64,000 bases of DNA, from assembly GCA_965223905.1 (NCBI GenBank), contig CBDCXV010000002.1, positions 224,001 to 288,000 on the forward strand. Reading direction: 5' to 3'. Both the position numbers and the translations under genes were made by a program. Of the stretch, positions 49,770 through 59,270 are shown piece after piece (the stretch's first letter is position 1; each line of letters starts with the position of its first letter). Source of the DNA: Candidatus Latescibacterota bacterium. Lineage in GTDB: Bacteria; Latescibacterota; UBA2968; UBA8231. A model generated the notes under the pieces. The model was not told the DNA's origin. It did no database searches and saw only the letters and a program-made list of their open reading frames with translations.

Positions 49770-52078
49770 TGAGCCCCGCTGCTTCCCTCCACGAGCATGT
49801 GTCGCTCGTTCACCGACAAGCCGGTGAACACCTCCACGCGCCCACTGGACCAGCGGACTTCGGCCTCTTCGATGGAGTCCGCTTCACCCAAGCCGATTTC
49901 CAGTTGCCGGCTGTCATTGACACCAAAGCCACCGCCACCGCTCACAACATGGTGGTAGTTCCGGGCGCCGGCTCGTACCCGCACCCGCGCGCCAATGGCG
50001 TCGCGATTGCTCAGCGTGCCGACCAGGCTCAGCGTTACCCAGTTATGCCCCTCCGTGTCGTTGCGTAACAACCGGTTGTTGCGGCGCTCACCGGGGAAAA
50101 AACCGCCGATTGGAACGTAGATATCCTGGTCGCCGTCCCCGTCGTAGTCGGCGAGCGTCACTCCGTGCCCCTTCTCAAGCTGTTCCATGCCAATCTGTGC
50201 AGCTATGTCAACGAAGGTGCCGTCGCCGCGGTTGCGCAGGAGTGCGTCCGGTTCGAGCCGCCCCATCTCGGCGCCGCCGTTGGCCAGGTAGATGTCGAGG
50301 TGGCCGTCGTTGTCGAAATCTCCGTGGGCGGCTCCTGTAGAGCCGTAGGCGTGTCCCAGGCCGGCCTTGTAAGTGACGTCTGCGTAGCCGCCATCTCCTT
50401 CGTTGTGATACAGGGCGGGACGGTTGACGTTGTGCAGGGTGCCCCCGCGAATCCTGCTGTCGGCGACTGCCGTGTAGGCGCTCATCTGACTGCAGAACAA
50501 ATCCAGGTAGCCGTCATTGTCGTAGTCGAAGAAGAAGGTGAAGTACCCCTGCACCGGGAGTTGTGTCCGCGTCTGTTTGGTCACATCGACAAAACGCACC
50601 GTTCCCGTCGTCCCGTCCGTGTCGTTGCGATAGAAGCTGTTGAGGCCAACGAAATGAGCGAGGTACAAATCCAGATCGCCGTCGTTGTCGTAGTCGCCGA
50701 GAGCGCTGCCGATCGTGCGGCCGGGCATGATCCCGGCTGTGGCGGCGATGTCTTCGAAGCGGTTTCCCCCGTCGCTCAGAAACAAGCGATTCCTCGACTC
50801 ACCGCCGGTGACTCCGTTGGTGACGACGAGATCGACACAGCCGTCGTTGTCGATGTCTCCCCATGTAGCGCCGAAGCTGCTTCCACCGTCCTCGACGCCC
50901 ACCTCGTGGGCAACATCGACGAAGGACCCGTCTCCGCCGTTCGCGTAGAGACTGTTTTGACCCCTTCCCCACCAACCTTTGCGGGTCAGGTACAGGTCAG
51001 GATCACCGTCGTTGTCGTAGTCGGCAAATACCGACCCGAGTCCCCACTCTCCGTCCAGCCCTGCCGCCTTCGCCCGATCGACGAACCCCTCCCCACCATC
51101 GTTGCGAAACAGGGCGTTGGCTTCGTAGGCGCCCGTGGCAAACAGATCGAGATCCCCGTCCCCGTCGTAGTCGGCCCAGGCGCTGCCCATACCACCGTCC
51201 CATTTCGTCGCGCCCATCTCGGCGCCAACGTCGACAAACCTGATGGCATCCGATTCTGGCGCTTCATGCGGAAATTGCAGCCGCATGGTGTCGTCAAAAT
51301 CGTCGGGATAGCCCCCAAGCTGCTTGTACCCCAGGTATAGACTCCAGCGCCCGATCGGGTTTTTTGGGCTCCCCTCGGCCGCTCTACGCAGTTCCCTCGC
51401 GGCCGTCTCGAAGTCGCCTTTCAGATAGAAAGTCATGCCCAGGCGGTGCCTGGTTCGAAAGTTGGTTGGTTTCTCGCTCAAAACATCCCGGTAGCACTCG
51501 ATGGCTTCATCCAGTTTTCCCTGCTGCAAGAAGACGTCGCCCAGGTTCAGCAATGCCTCCTGGTTCGCGGGATCCAGCGTGCGGACTCGGGCAAATGCAT
51601 CCTCCGCCTCCTCCAGATCCATCATCTGGTTGGCGCGCATGCGCATGGACCCCACTCCCATCAACGCCCCGGCCGATTCTGGCTCGAGCTTGAGGACACG
51701 TTGCAACAGCGCATAGGCCTCTTCGAGTCTTCCCAGCCGTCCCACTACCTTGGAGAGGTGAAAGGGGGCTCGCGGGCGTTCAGGATCGAGGCGAATTGCC
51801 TTTCGCAACAACGACTCGGCTTTGGTCAGCTCATTGTTGGCCAACCAGATCCAGGCCAGTGAGACGTGTGCATCGTAGTGAGTGGAGTCGATGGCGATGC
51901 AGCGGACGAAGAGTTGCTCGGCGCGCTTGGTGAGGCGCTGGTCCAGTGCCTCCATACCCTTCGTGTACAACTCGCTGATATTCTCCTCCTCGCTCGCCCA
52001 GGCTCGCGAGCCGAGGTTGGTAGCGTTGAGTGAGGCGAGGCAGATCCAGAGGGGAATAAGGCGGGGTGTCCTGTTCAC
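49766..52078 (-). CDS. TPR + FG-GAP + ASPIC/UnbV protein
   Basis: N-terminal TPRs, DYDNDG repeats, SNRDAIGARV...IGLG. Confidence 0.88.
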   Translation of the reverse strand: MNRTPRLIPLWICLASLNATNLGSRAWASEEENISELYTKGMEALDQRLTKRAEQLFVRCIAIDSTHYDAHVSLAWIWLANNELTKAESLLRKAIRLDPERPRAPFHLSKVVGRLGRLEEAYALLQRVLKLEPESAGALMGVGSMRMRANQMMDLEEAEDAFARVRTLDPANQEALLNLGDVFLQQGKLDEAIECYRDVLSEKPTNFRTRHRLGMTFYLKGDFETAARELRRAAEGSPKNPIGRWSLYLGYKQLGGYPDDFDDTMRLQFPHEAPESDAIRFVDVGAEMGATKWDGGMGSAWADYDGDGDLDLFATGAYEANALFRNDGGEGFVDRAKAAGLDGEWGLGSVFADYDNDGDPDLYLTRKGWWGRGQNSLYANGGDGSFVDVAHEVGVEDGGSSFGATWGDIDNDGCVDLVVTNGVTGGESRNRLFLSDGGNRFEDIAATAGIMPGRTIGSALGDYDNDGDLDLYLAHFVGLNSFYRNDTDGTTGTVRFVDVTKQTRTQLPVQGYFTFFFDYDNDGYLDLFCSQMSAYTAVADSRIRGGTLHNVNRPALYHNEGDGGYADVTYKAGLGHAYGSTGAAHGDFDNDGHLDIYLANGGAEMGRLEPDALLRNRGDGTFVDIAAQIGMEQLEKGHGVTLADYDGDGDQDIYVPIGGFFPGERRNNRLLRNDTEGHNWVTLSLVGTLSNRDAIGARVRVRAGARNYHHVVSGGGGFGVNDSRQLEIGLGEADSIEEAEVRWSSGRVEVFTGLSVNERHMLVEGSSGAQ

Positions 52079-52123
52079 GATTGCTGTCGCTTACCTGTCC
52101 GATAGATGTTCGCAAGCGCTGAC

Positions 52124-52168
52124 AAAAAAAGGAAACCCCCGCCGACTTTGTGGAGCCGACGGGGGTTT
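52124..52168 (-). terminator. Rho-independent terminator
   Basis: AAACCCCCG..CGGGGGTTT stem followed by CCT7 on the minus strand, just after the stop at 52196. Confidence 0.85.
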
Positions 52169-52195
52169 GTTGAACGTCCTGAAGACAGTGTCGTT

Positions 52196-53374
52196 TTACC
52201 GAACGTTGTTCTTGACCGCGCCCCAGGAATTCTCTTCGACAGCGGACGGAACGCCGCCGAGACCCAGACCGAAGACCTTGGGATCGTAGATCGTCACTGT
52301 GTTTTCCCAGGCGGCTGGGGCGTGCCACGCTTCGCCAATGAAGGCATCCTGGCCCCAGAAGGGCTGACCCTGACGGCCACCAGCAGGATCATCCTGGTCG
52401 TTGACGGCAATAGTCGCGGGGCTGATGTTGCCGATCGCGGGGTTCCAGCGGACCGCTCGATCAATAACCAGGCCATCGTGGGGGATACTGGCCTCTATGC
52501 GCCAGTCGTCATCGGCCAGATCCTCACCAGAGGCGACCAGATCGACGCCGGTGCCGATCAGCATACCGGAGTTGAAATTGTCAGCGCAGGTCTCTCCACC
52601 GTCGCCGAAGGGCGCGCGATTGCCATCAACCGCGTTGTAAGCGATGACAAACTGCCAGTCCGTCTCCGCCCCGCACTGAGACTCGACGTGGCGCGGTGTG
52701 CTCGGGCGAATATCGTAGTAGCCGATGTACCATTCGCAACCGTCGCCCTGCCAGACACCGGGACCGTCTTCGAGCGCGTTGCTGCGAATGTCGTCGGTGA
52801 CGTCGCATTGCATGTACAGCGCACCGGAGTCGATACCCATGGCGGCTGTGAACGACAGATCGTCGTCACCGTCCGACTCGCCGTTGACGAAGTTCGCTGA
52901 TGAGAGGACCGTGAGGCTCTCGTGCGTCCAGTCACTCAAGTCGCCGTCAATGAAAGGCGCATCCAAGAACCAGAAAAGCGGCTCGTTGTGGGTCGCATCA
53001 CCGCCGGTGGCGCTGGAGGTTGCGGTCAAGCCACCGCCCGAGACGGCGTAGAAATTGTTGACGGAACCGGCGGCGAAAGGCGTGTGAAGCGGGTACTCGT
53101 ACTGCTGCTGGCCTTCCGGAATGCCGGTGCCGATGACGAACACATTGTCCGCGCCGACGTCCGTGATCTGCGAGTCGGAAACCCAGACGGTGTACGGTCC
53201 ACTGCCGTCGTCCGTCCACTGAATATTGTGGACGTAATTCACATCTGGAACCACCTGGCCTTCGACCAGCGGCCGCTCGACGATTCCAACGTCCTCGACG
53301 TTGATATCCGACTGGGCGACGACTAGGACCGGAACCAGAAGAGTTCCTGCTACGGCTGCAATTGCTTTCTTCAT
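52196..53374 (-). CDS. Acidic secreted protein with CBM9/DOMON-like domain and C-terminal SAVEENSWGAVK tail
   Basis: MKK signal peptide; IDGDLSDW, LY...VTDD, WQGDG.E, WRIEASIP, VND.D. Confidence 0.8.
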   Translation of the reverse strand: MKKAIAAVAGTLLVPVLVVAQSDINVEDVGIVERPLVEGQVVPDVNYVHNIQWTDDGSGPYTVWVSDSQITDVGADNVFVIGTGIPEGQQQYEYPLHTPFAAGSVNNFYAVSGGGLTATSSATGGDATHNEPLFWFLDAPFIDGDLSDWTHESLTVLSSANFVNGESDGDDDLSFTAAMGIDSGALYMQCDVTDDIRSNALEDGPGVWQGDGCEWYIGYYDIRPSTPRHVESQCGAETDWQFVIAYNAVDGNRAPFGDGGETCADNFNSGMLIGTGVDLVASGEDLADDDWRIEASIPHDGLVIDRAVRWNPAIGNISPATIAVNDQDDPAGGRQGQPFWGQDAFIGEAWHAPAAWENTVTIYDPKVFGLGLGGVPSAVEENSWGAVKNNVR

Positions 53375-53476
53375 TTCCCACAATCTCCGTGGATATGGGT
53401 AGAGGAATGACAACGAGTACATCATCTGATCGCACCGCTATTTAGAATCCGCAATTCTTAACGAATTTGAGCCGGA

Positions 53477-53505
53477 AATATAGTCAGACACCAGGATAAA
53501 ACCAA
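53477..53505 (-). promoter_or_regulatory. Sigma70-like promoter of the SWGxxK gene
   Basis: TTGGTT-17nt-TATATT on the minus strand in an AT-rich gap. Confidence 0.45.
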
Positions 53506-53548
53506 GAGAATTCTCGCTTCCGCGAAAGAAGGTTACCGGCCATTTGCC

Positions 53549-53920
53549 CTATCTCACCGTCTCATCACGATTCGTGATCGAGCCCTCCTGGGTGAGGGCG
53601 AAGACGACGATGTTGACGCCGAACTAAAGTGGCGCGTGGGGTCGAGTTCGGTGCCTGGCGTAGAAATCTCCATGCGGGGACGGTTGTCCCTGGCAAAAAG
53701 GCAGTGCCTGATAGCCAATCAAGCCAGCCAGGCGGCCACCCAACTCGACGACGACCATGTAGTCGGCGGACGCGGGTCGGCAAGTCAAGTTCTATCTTGC
53801 TTGCGCACAAATATGCCCCGCCGCCGCCAGACAGACCGCCAGCACCGGCAGTCAGCCTCCAGCAGGCCGCGTCAGGTCGACGTCGGATGCCGGTCTTCTG
53901 AATCGTGCGCTGATCGCCAT
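53549..53920 (-). pseudogene. Internally deleted third DUF4159 paralogue
   Basis: MAISARFRRPASDVDLTR, DYMVVVELGGRL..IGYQAL and FGVNIVVFALTQEGSITNRDETVR* match both ends of the other two copies. Confidence 0.85.
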
Positions 53921-53978
53921 TGGTGCTCTCAGCCGCGAATGGAGCAGAGTTCGGTGTCGGCACGCTGAGGCGGAAACT

Positions 53979-54830
53979 TCAGCGTGCGCCCATGATCCAA
54001 TCGCGGCGACGCGCCAGGCGCGCTTCTTCCCCCTTCAACTTCCTCTTTTCCACCTTGTGGAGGAAGTGAAAGACGATGTCGATACTGCGGGACGTATTGT
54101 TGGCTTCGTCGAATTCGAGGGCGAACTTGCGCAGGTGCAGCTCGACGTTCTCGACTCGCTCGGTGAGGGGACCGAAGACGAGATAACCCGAGTAGTCCTG
54201 GCCTCTGAAGATCTGGTGGTCCGGCCGGTAGAGCCGCTCCCGGACGATACCCATGCGCTGGTCAAAGCGATATTGTTCGTTTCCCCCGGCCCCACGGACA
54301 TAGGTGAAATAGTCTTCGAAGCTGTTCCGAGACTCTTCCCGGTTGACGGAGTAGAAGATGAACTCCTCTCCCAGATTCGTACGCAGCCGCGCCTCTTCGG
54401 GCAACATCTCTACTTTGGGCTCTACGGGATTGAAGACGGCGACCTCGAAGACGGTGAAACGATTGGGTGTGTAACCCAGTTTGGGATCGCGCCAGTTGCC
54501 GTATGTGAAGGGGTTGGCTGAAAAGCGATCCTGGCTCGACACGTCCGGATAGAGCTGGTTGAGCTCCTTGTCGCCGAGAGCCCGGATTGTGACTCGCAGA
54601 CCCTCGCGATCGAAGGTTATGGAGCCGTCCGGATTGACGACGTACTCCGCGTCGGTTCCGGAGAGCTCCAATGGCACCAGGTAGGAGTTGTAGTCGTAAA
54701 GGGGCGGCAGCATGCGATAGACGATCTCTGGAGTGCTGCAACCCGTGGACGCAACCAGCAGCCCCAGGGTCAACGTCAGTCCGGTATGCAAAGTAGAGAT
54801 TCCCATGGTAACTGCTCTTTCTCCGATCAT
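53979..54830 (-). CDS. Hypothetical lipoprotein
   Basis: ATGA overlap with upstream stop; LLVASTGC lipobox; NPFTYGNW.DP. Confidence 0.75.
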   Translation of the reverse strand: MIGERAVTMGISTLHTGLTLTLGLLVASTGCSTPEIVYRMLPPLYDYNSYLVPLELSGTDAEYVVNPDGSITFDREGLRVTIRALGDKELNQLYPDVSSQDRFSANPFTYGNWRDPKLGYTPNRFTVFEVAVFNPVEPKVEMLPEEARLRTNLGEEFIFYSVNREESRNSFEDYFTYVRGAGGNEQYRFDQRMGIVRERLYRPDHQIFRGQDYSGYLVFGPLTERVENVELHLRKFALEFDEANNTSRSIDIVFHFLHKVEKRKLKGEEARLARRRDWIMGAR

Positions 54831-57559
54831 TCGGAAGCCGCCAGGATCTGCTCGCCCACGAACACCTGGACGTAGCTGCGGACGAAACTGCCGGACGCCA
54901 AGCCAGGCTCGTCGAACTTCTGTTTGGTGTATTGCAGACCAGTGGTGATGAAGACGTTGAAGCCGCTGCTGCGCCCTTTCATCTTGACCTGACCGAGGTA
55001 GGTCTGGGATTTGAAATCCGCCAGCTCGTCGTCGCGGTCGATGAAGCGCTCCTTGAAGAAGGGGAAGCCTTCTGCTCCGAGCTCGAGGGCGGTACGCTCG
55101 GTAAAGGTGTAACTCAGTTGGAGGATCGGCGTGATTTGTGTGACGTCCCGTTTGGCGGGCAAACCACCCGGGGCAAATCCGGCAAGCTGATTCTGTTTCA
55201 GCAGGGTGTGCTTGATTTTGGGCTGTACGGTGAGACCGCGCCAGATCCACGTGTAATCCGCCTTGTTCACCAGTGCCCACGTATTGATGTCATCTTTCAC
55301 CTGGGCCGTCCCGTCTGCAAACTGAGCCTCATTCTGGTAGTTGAGTTCGTAGCGCAGATTGTTGTGTAGATTCACGTTGCGTCCCGGCGTCCACGAAGTG
55401 CCCACGTAGCCTCGATGAACTCTGCTGTTGCGCATGGTCAGTGCATCCTCGACAAAAACCGATTCGTAGACGCCCCCGGTTCCGACTTTCACTTCGTTGG
55501 TGAGGAAGTACTGAAAGCCGTTATTGGGGATGTTGTCTTTCACACTCTTGAACTGGTGTTCCCACCGTAGCCGGGCTCGTCCGGGAAAAATGCGCCGGTA
55601 TGAAGCGGTGAGATAATTCTCATTGCTCTCACCGAAAGCGGCTATCTGCTCGATGCGAACCAGACCGGCTCCAAGGCGCAAACTTGGCAGCGGCGTGGCC
55701 AGATCCACGAAATAATGGCCGCCGCGTTCGTCTTTGTAGTAGGGATAATCGGGCAGGGAGTCATCCTCGAAGTAGTCGAGAACACCGTTATGGTTGAAAT
55801 CGTCCCCCCAGTAAAACACCTGTTCTTCCTGCCAGTACTTGAAAAAAGGCTCGGCGAAGTCCGGGATATGATTGCGATTGCGGTTGTAGTCGGGAGTGCC
55901 ATCCTGATCGAGATCCCAACCAGGATACACTCCTGAGTAGAGTGGAGCGGTGCGGACCGCTACGGGCACGTCGTTCTGGCCCTGATCCAGGTACTGATCG
56001 TCGTCGTCATTGTCCTCCACCAGTTGGAAGACTTTGAGGCGTCTGTTGGTGCCGTTCTTGACGTCGTTGGCTTGGCGTTCGTTGAAAAAGAAATCGAAAT
56101 TGTTGCCCACGTAGTCGGCGTCGATGATGTCCTTATCTCCACTCCCTATCTTCGGATCCCCGAGTCTGAAATCGCCGTTGTCGAGCTCATATGAATTGTA
56201 CTTCGGGCTGATGGAGAATCGCTCTCCTCCAAGGATGATCTTGCTCCAGTCCTGGGTTGCCCGGACGTAATAAGCATCGCCGCTGTAGGAGCTGCGCTCA
56301 CCGATTTGCTCCTCGGGGAACTGGAAATGGGCCGTTGAGCGGGCGTACTCCCAATCCAGGAGGAGGTTGCCCAGGGCCAGCTTGCCGTTGAGGCCGCTGA
56401 CGTTCAACGCCGAGGAGAGGCCGTAGGCGAGATCGACAACACGCATCTGATCCACTCCGTTGCCGCTGGCACGGCCGAGGGTCACCACCGGCGTTTGGCG
56501 GACTTCCTGCTGGTAGAAGGTGTTGTTCGGGTTCAGGGCGCGGTGGGACTGGCGCGTTCCCAGCCGGTAGTCCTGGCCTACAGCGGGACTGCTCTGCACG
56601 CTCACAGTCGAGACGGGGATTGGCACGACCTGTTCCACGTAGGAATCTCCGCTCACTTCCAGGTGATCCTCCTCCCACTGCACACCGTCGGTAGCTACCA
56701 TAACCGGCCGGATTCCCTGAATCACCCGGTTCTGGTTGGCGCCGCGGCGCACGGTCAGGGTTGAGCTGCCGCCGTACACGGCGGCGCCCCACTGTCCTCC
56801 AGCGGGTGAATCATCCGTTATCCGCACCACGACAAAGTCCGGATTCATCGCTCTGGGCATGGTGCCCTTCAAGAAGTTGCCATCTCGTTGCATGCTGTCA
56901 AAGCGATGGTGGTTGATGAGGGTCGCGCCGAGGAACATGGCCCCCTCGAGAAAGCGGCCCTGCCAGTGCAAGCCGTTCAACAGGGTGCCGTCTTCGTGTT
57001 CAGCTGTGCCCGACCCCTGGGCGCGAAATGATTTCTGCGGATCCGAGGCGCGTGTCGTCAGACCGACGAGCTCGTGGTTCTGGCCGATGATGGCGTCAGC
57101 GCGCACGCCGGTAAAGCGGGCGATATCGAGGGTGAGGGACGTAAAGGTTGTGCGCACAGCGTCACCGATCAGTACCCGCGCTGCTCCGTTGGTGAAGTTC
57201 TCTTTGGCAACTACAACTCCGTTGTGTCGGCCGAGCCGTCTGAAAAGAAGGCTGCCGAAGTCCGGATCCCGGGTTCGATCCTCCTCCCAGCGGAAGACCT
57301 CCTGGGCCTCTATCAGCCAGGGTTCGCCCATGCGGTCGTAGGCTGCAAACCAGTCAAAGCCGCGGCCTCGCTCCCGATACCGGCGCCAGCCGAAGTTTTC
57401 GTACTCCATCTGCGTGTTGGGACGCAGCAGGAACTGGCTCTTCGGTGTCCAGCCGGTTTCCACTTCGGTGTCGGGGACAACCGGCCCGGAGAGCCCGAGA
57501 CCTGCGGCGGCAGGAGCACTCAGTAGCCCGACGGCGATGACTGGAATGAGTGTCCTCAT
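54827..57559 (-). CDS. 910-aa exported, probably outer-membrane, protein of unknown function
   Basis: Signal peptide; amphipathic beta segments; DxDxDG-type motifs. Confidence 0.75.
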   Translation of the reverse strand: MRTLIPVIAVGLLSAPAAAGLGLSGPVVPDTEVETGWTPKSQFLLRPNTQMEYENFGWRRYRERGRGFDWFAAYDRMGEPWLIEAQEVFRWEEDRTRDPDFGSLLFRRLGRHNGVVVAKENFTNGAARVLIGDAVRTTFTSLTLDIARFTGVRADAIIGQNHELVGLTTRASDPQKSFRAQGSGTAEHEDGTLLNGLHWQGRFLEGAMFLGATLINHHRFDSMQRDGNFLKGTMPRAMNPDFVVVRITDDSPAGGQWGAAVYGGSSTLTVRRGANQNRVIQGIRPVMVATDGVQWEEDHLEVSGDSYVEQVVPIPVSTVSVQSSPAVGQDYRLGTRQSHRALNPNNTFYQQEVRQTPVVTLGRASGNGVDQMRVVDLAYGLSSALNVSGLNGKLALGNLLLDWEYARSTAHFQFPEEQIGERSSYSGDAYYVRATQDWSKIILGGERFSISPKYNSYELDNGDFRLGDPKIGSGDKDIIDADYVGNNFDFFFNERQANDVKNGTNRRLKVFQLVEDNDDDDQYLDQGQNDVPVAVRTAPLYSGVYPGWDLDQDGTPDYNRNRNHIPDFAEPFFKYWQEEQVFYWGDDFNHNGVLDYFEDDSLPDYPYYKDERGGHYFVDLATPLPSLRLGAGLVRIEQIAAFGESNENYLTASYRRIFPGRARLRWEHQFKSVKDNIPNNGFQYFLTNEVKVGTGGVYESVFVEDALTMRNSRVHRGYVGTSWTPGRNVNLHNNLRYELNYQNEAQFADGTAQVKDDINTWALVNKADYTWIWRGLTVQPKIKHTLLKQNQLAGFAPGGLPAKRDVTQITPILQLSYTFTERTALELGAEGFPFFKERFIDRDDELADFKSQTYLGQVKMKGRSSGFNVFITTGLQYTKQKFDEPGLASGSFVRSYVQVFVGEQILAASE

Positions 57560-57560
57560 T

Positions 57561-58835
57561 TCAGCGCACGTTCTCCATCACGCGATTCGTGATCGAACCC
57601 TCTTGAGTGAGGGCAAAGACGATGGTGTTGATGCCGAACTGCAGGTGTCGGCTGTTGTCCAGGTATGCGTTTCTGTTGTTGCGGAATCCCACGTTCTCCC
57701 AGGCGATCCCCAGGGCCTGATAGGAAATAACCGTGACCAGGCGACCGTCCAGCTCGACGCCGACGAGGTAGTCCACGTTGTCGCGCCCTTCCCCCGGCAC
57801 GAGTTCCGAGTAGCTCGCCGGGGTTCCGGCGAGTGCCTTCGGCGGGTGGTCGAAATCAAAATAGGAGTGGTAAATAGGGTGGTCGTGCGGAAGTCTGATG
57901 AACCGGGCCTGCCGGTTCACGGTGGCCAGAGCATCCCGGACCATCTGCCGTATGAAGATGTCGGTGTCACTGCCGACTCTCCTGCCGGCGTCCGCCAGGA
58001 TAAATCCACCTCCCGCCAGGTAGGCGCCCACATTGACCAACTCGCCCTCAGTGAGGGTAAAGGTCACCTGCGGCACGAAGATCCACGGAGTCTCCATGAG
58101 CTCCTGGGAGCTGAGAGACAGGCGGGTGGAAAAGTCGGCCCGGATATCCGTGAACTCGTTGAGGGCGTCTACCAGATTCGTCACGGCGAACGGGCTCTGC
58201 AGAAGCGCGGCGCCTGCGTCGCTGGTCACCGTGCTCTGAACGCGGCCTTCGATCATGCGCGACGAGTATGCCTGGGCGACGTGGAAGTACCCCTTGATGT
58301 TGCGCTTGTCGTCTGGATCCTGGATGATCATCGCCTGGTACTTGCCGGTGTCCAGGAAATTGAGGTCGAGGAGCTGTTCCTTCATGTCGATCTTGTTGTC
58401 TGGCTCCTTCGAGGTCGATACGCCGATGTCCGTCACGCCTCCACCCGGGTCGATGGAGACGAGTTCGGCTCCCGCATCCAGACTCACCTGTGGCGCGCCC
58501 AACGAGCGCAGCGAAATGCCGCCAACCTGGCTTGTCAATAAGCGCGAAGTCCGGGCCTGAAGCTGGACTTGCTGTCGCACCATCTTGCGCTGCCGCGGCT
58601 TGGGTTTCTTGCGCAGCTCCATCGGTTTGGTCATACGTGGCTGACGCTGGATGAAGCGCGTCGTCAGCGGTCGCGAATCAGCCTCGCCTCCAAACTCCGC
58701 CGAGCGCAGCATCATCCCCACGTGAGCCAGCACGGCGACCACAAGGGAGCCGACCAGAATTGGCAGTCCCCTGTTGAGAAGGCGCGTCAGATCGACGTCC
58801 GATGCCGGACCCCTGAACCGTGGACTTACCGCCAC
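57561..58835 (-). CDS. DUF4159-domain protein with TonB-like TM anchor
   Basis: Close paralogue of 42467..43705; abuts exbD. Confidence 0.8.
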   Translation of the reverse strand: MAVSPRFRGPASDVDLTRLLNRGLPILVGSLVVAVLAHVGMMLRSAEFGGEADSRPLTTRFIQRQPRMTKPMELRKKPKPRQRKMVRQQVQLQARTSRLLTSQVGGISLRSLGAPQVSLDAGAELVSIDPGGGVTDIGVSTSKEPDNKIDMKEQLLDLNFLDTGKYQAMIIQDPDDKRNIKGYFHVAQAYSSRMIEGRVQSTVTSDAGAALLQSPFAVTNLVDALNEFTDIRADFSTRLSLSSQELMETPWIFVPQVTFTLTEGELVNVGAYLAGGGFILADAGRRVGSDTDIFIRQMVRDALATVNRQARFIRLPHDHPIYHSYFDFDHPPKALAGTPASYSELVPGEGRDNVDYLVGVELDGRLVTVISYQALGIAWENVGFRNNRNAYLDNSRHLQFGINTIVFALTQEGSITNRVMENVR

Positions 58836-59264
58836 TTATTCCCCTTTCGCCGCGCTCTCAGTGTCCTCGGGTTTGTCTACCGCCAGGGAGATCGTCTCTA
58901 CCCCCAGACTCTTGGCTATCTCCATGATGTCGAGGGTGTATTCATGCCGGGCCTCGCGATCTGCCTTGACGATGAGGGTGACACTCCGTGTGCGTCTTTT
59001 TTCGTTCGACAGCATGCTGGCCAGGGATGTCTTTGTGACCACCCTGCTATTAAGTTCCATGCGCCCATCTTCGTCGATGGAAAGGAACATTTTCGTCTCC
59101 GAAATCTGCTGCCAGTTCTCGGCTTCCGGAAGCTCGATCTGCAAACCCACCGAGGACGTGAAGATCGTCGTCACCATGAAGAAGACCAGCAACAGGAAGA
59201 CGCAGTCGATGAGCGGAGTGAGGTTGAGCTCTACCCCTTCGGATCCTTCAAAGCCTTGAGCCAT
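58836..59264 (-). CDS. exbD: ExbD/TolR family protein
   Basis: LNLTPLIDCVFLLLVFFMV, I.LP.A, KAD. Confidence 0.92.
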   Translation of the reverse strand: MAQGFEGSEGVELNLTPLIDCVFLLLVFFMVTTIFTSSVGLQIELPEAENWQQISETKMFLSIDEDGRMELNSRVVTKTSLASMLSNEKRRTRSVTLIVKADREARHEYTLDIMEIAKSLGVETISLAVDKPEDTESAAKGE

Positions 59265-59270
59265 CGGTCC

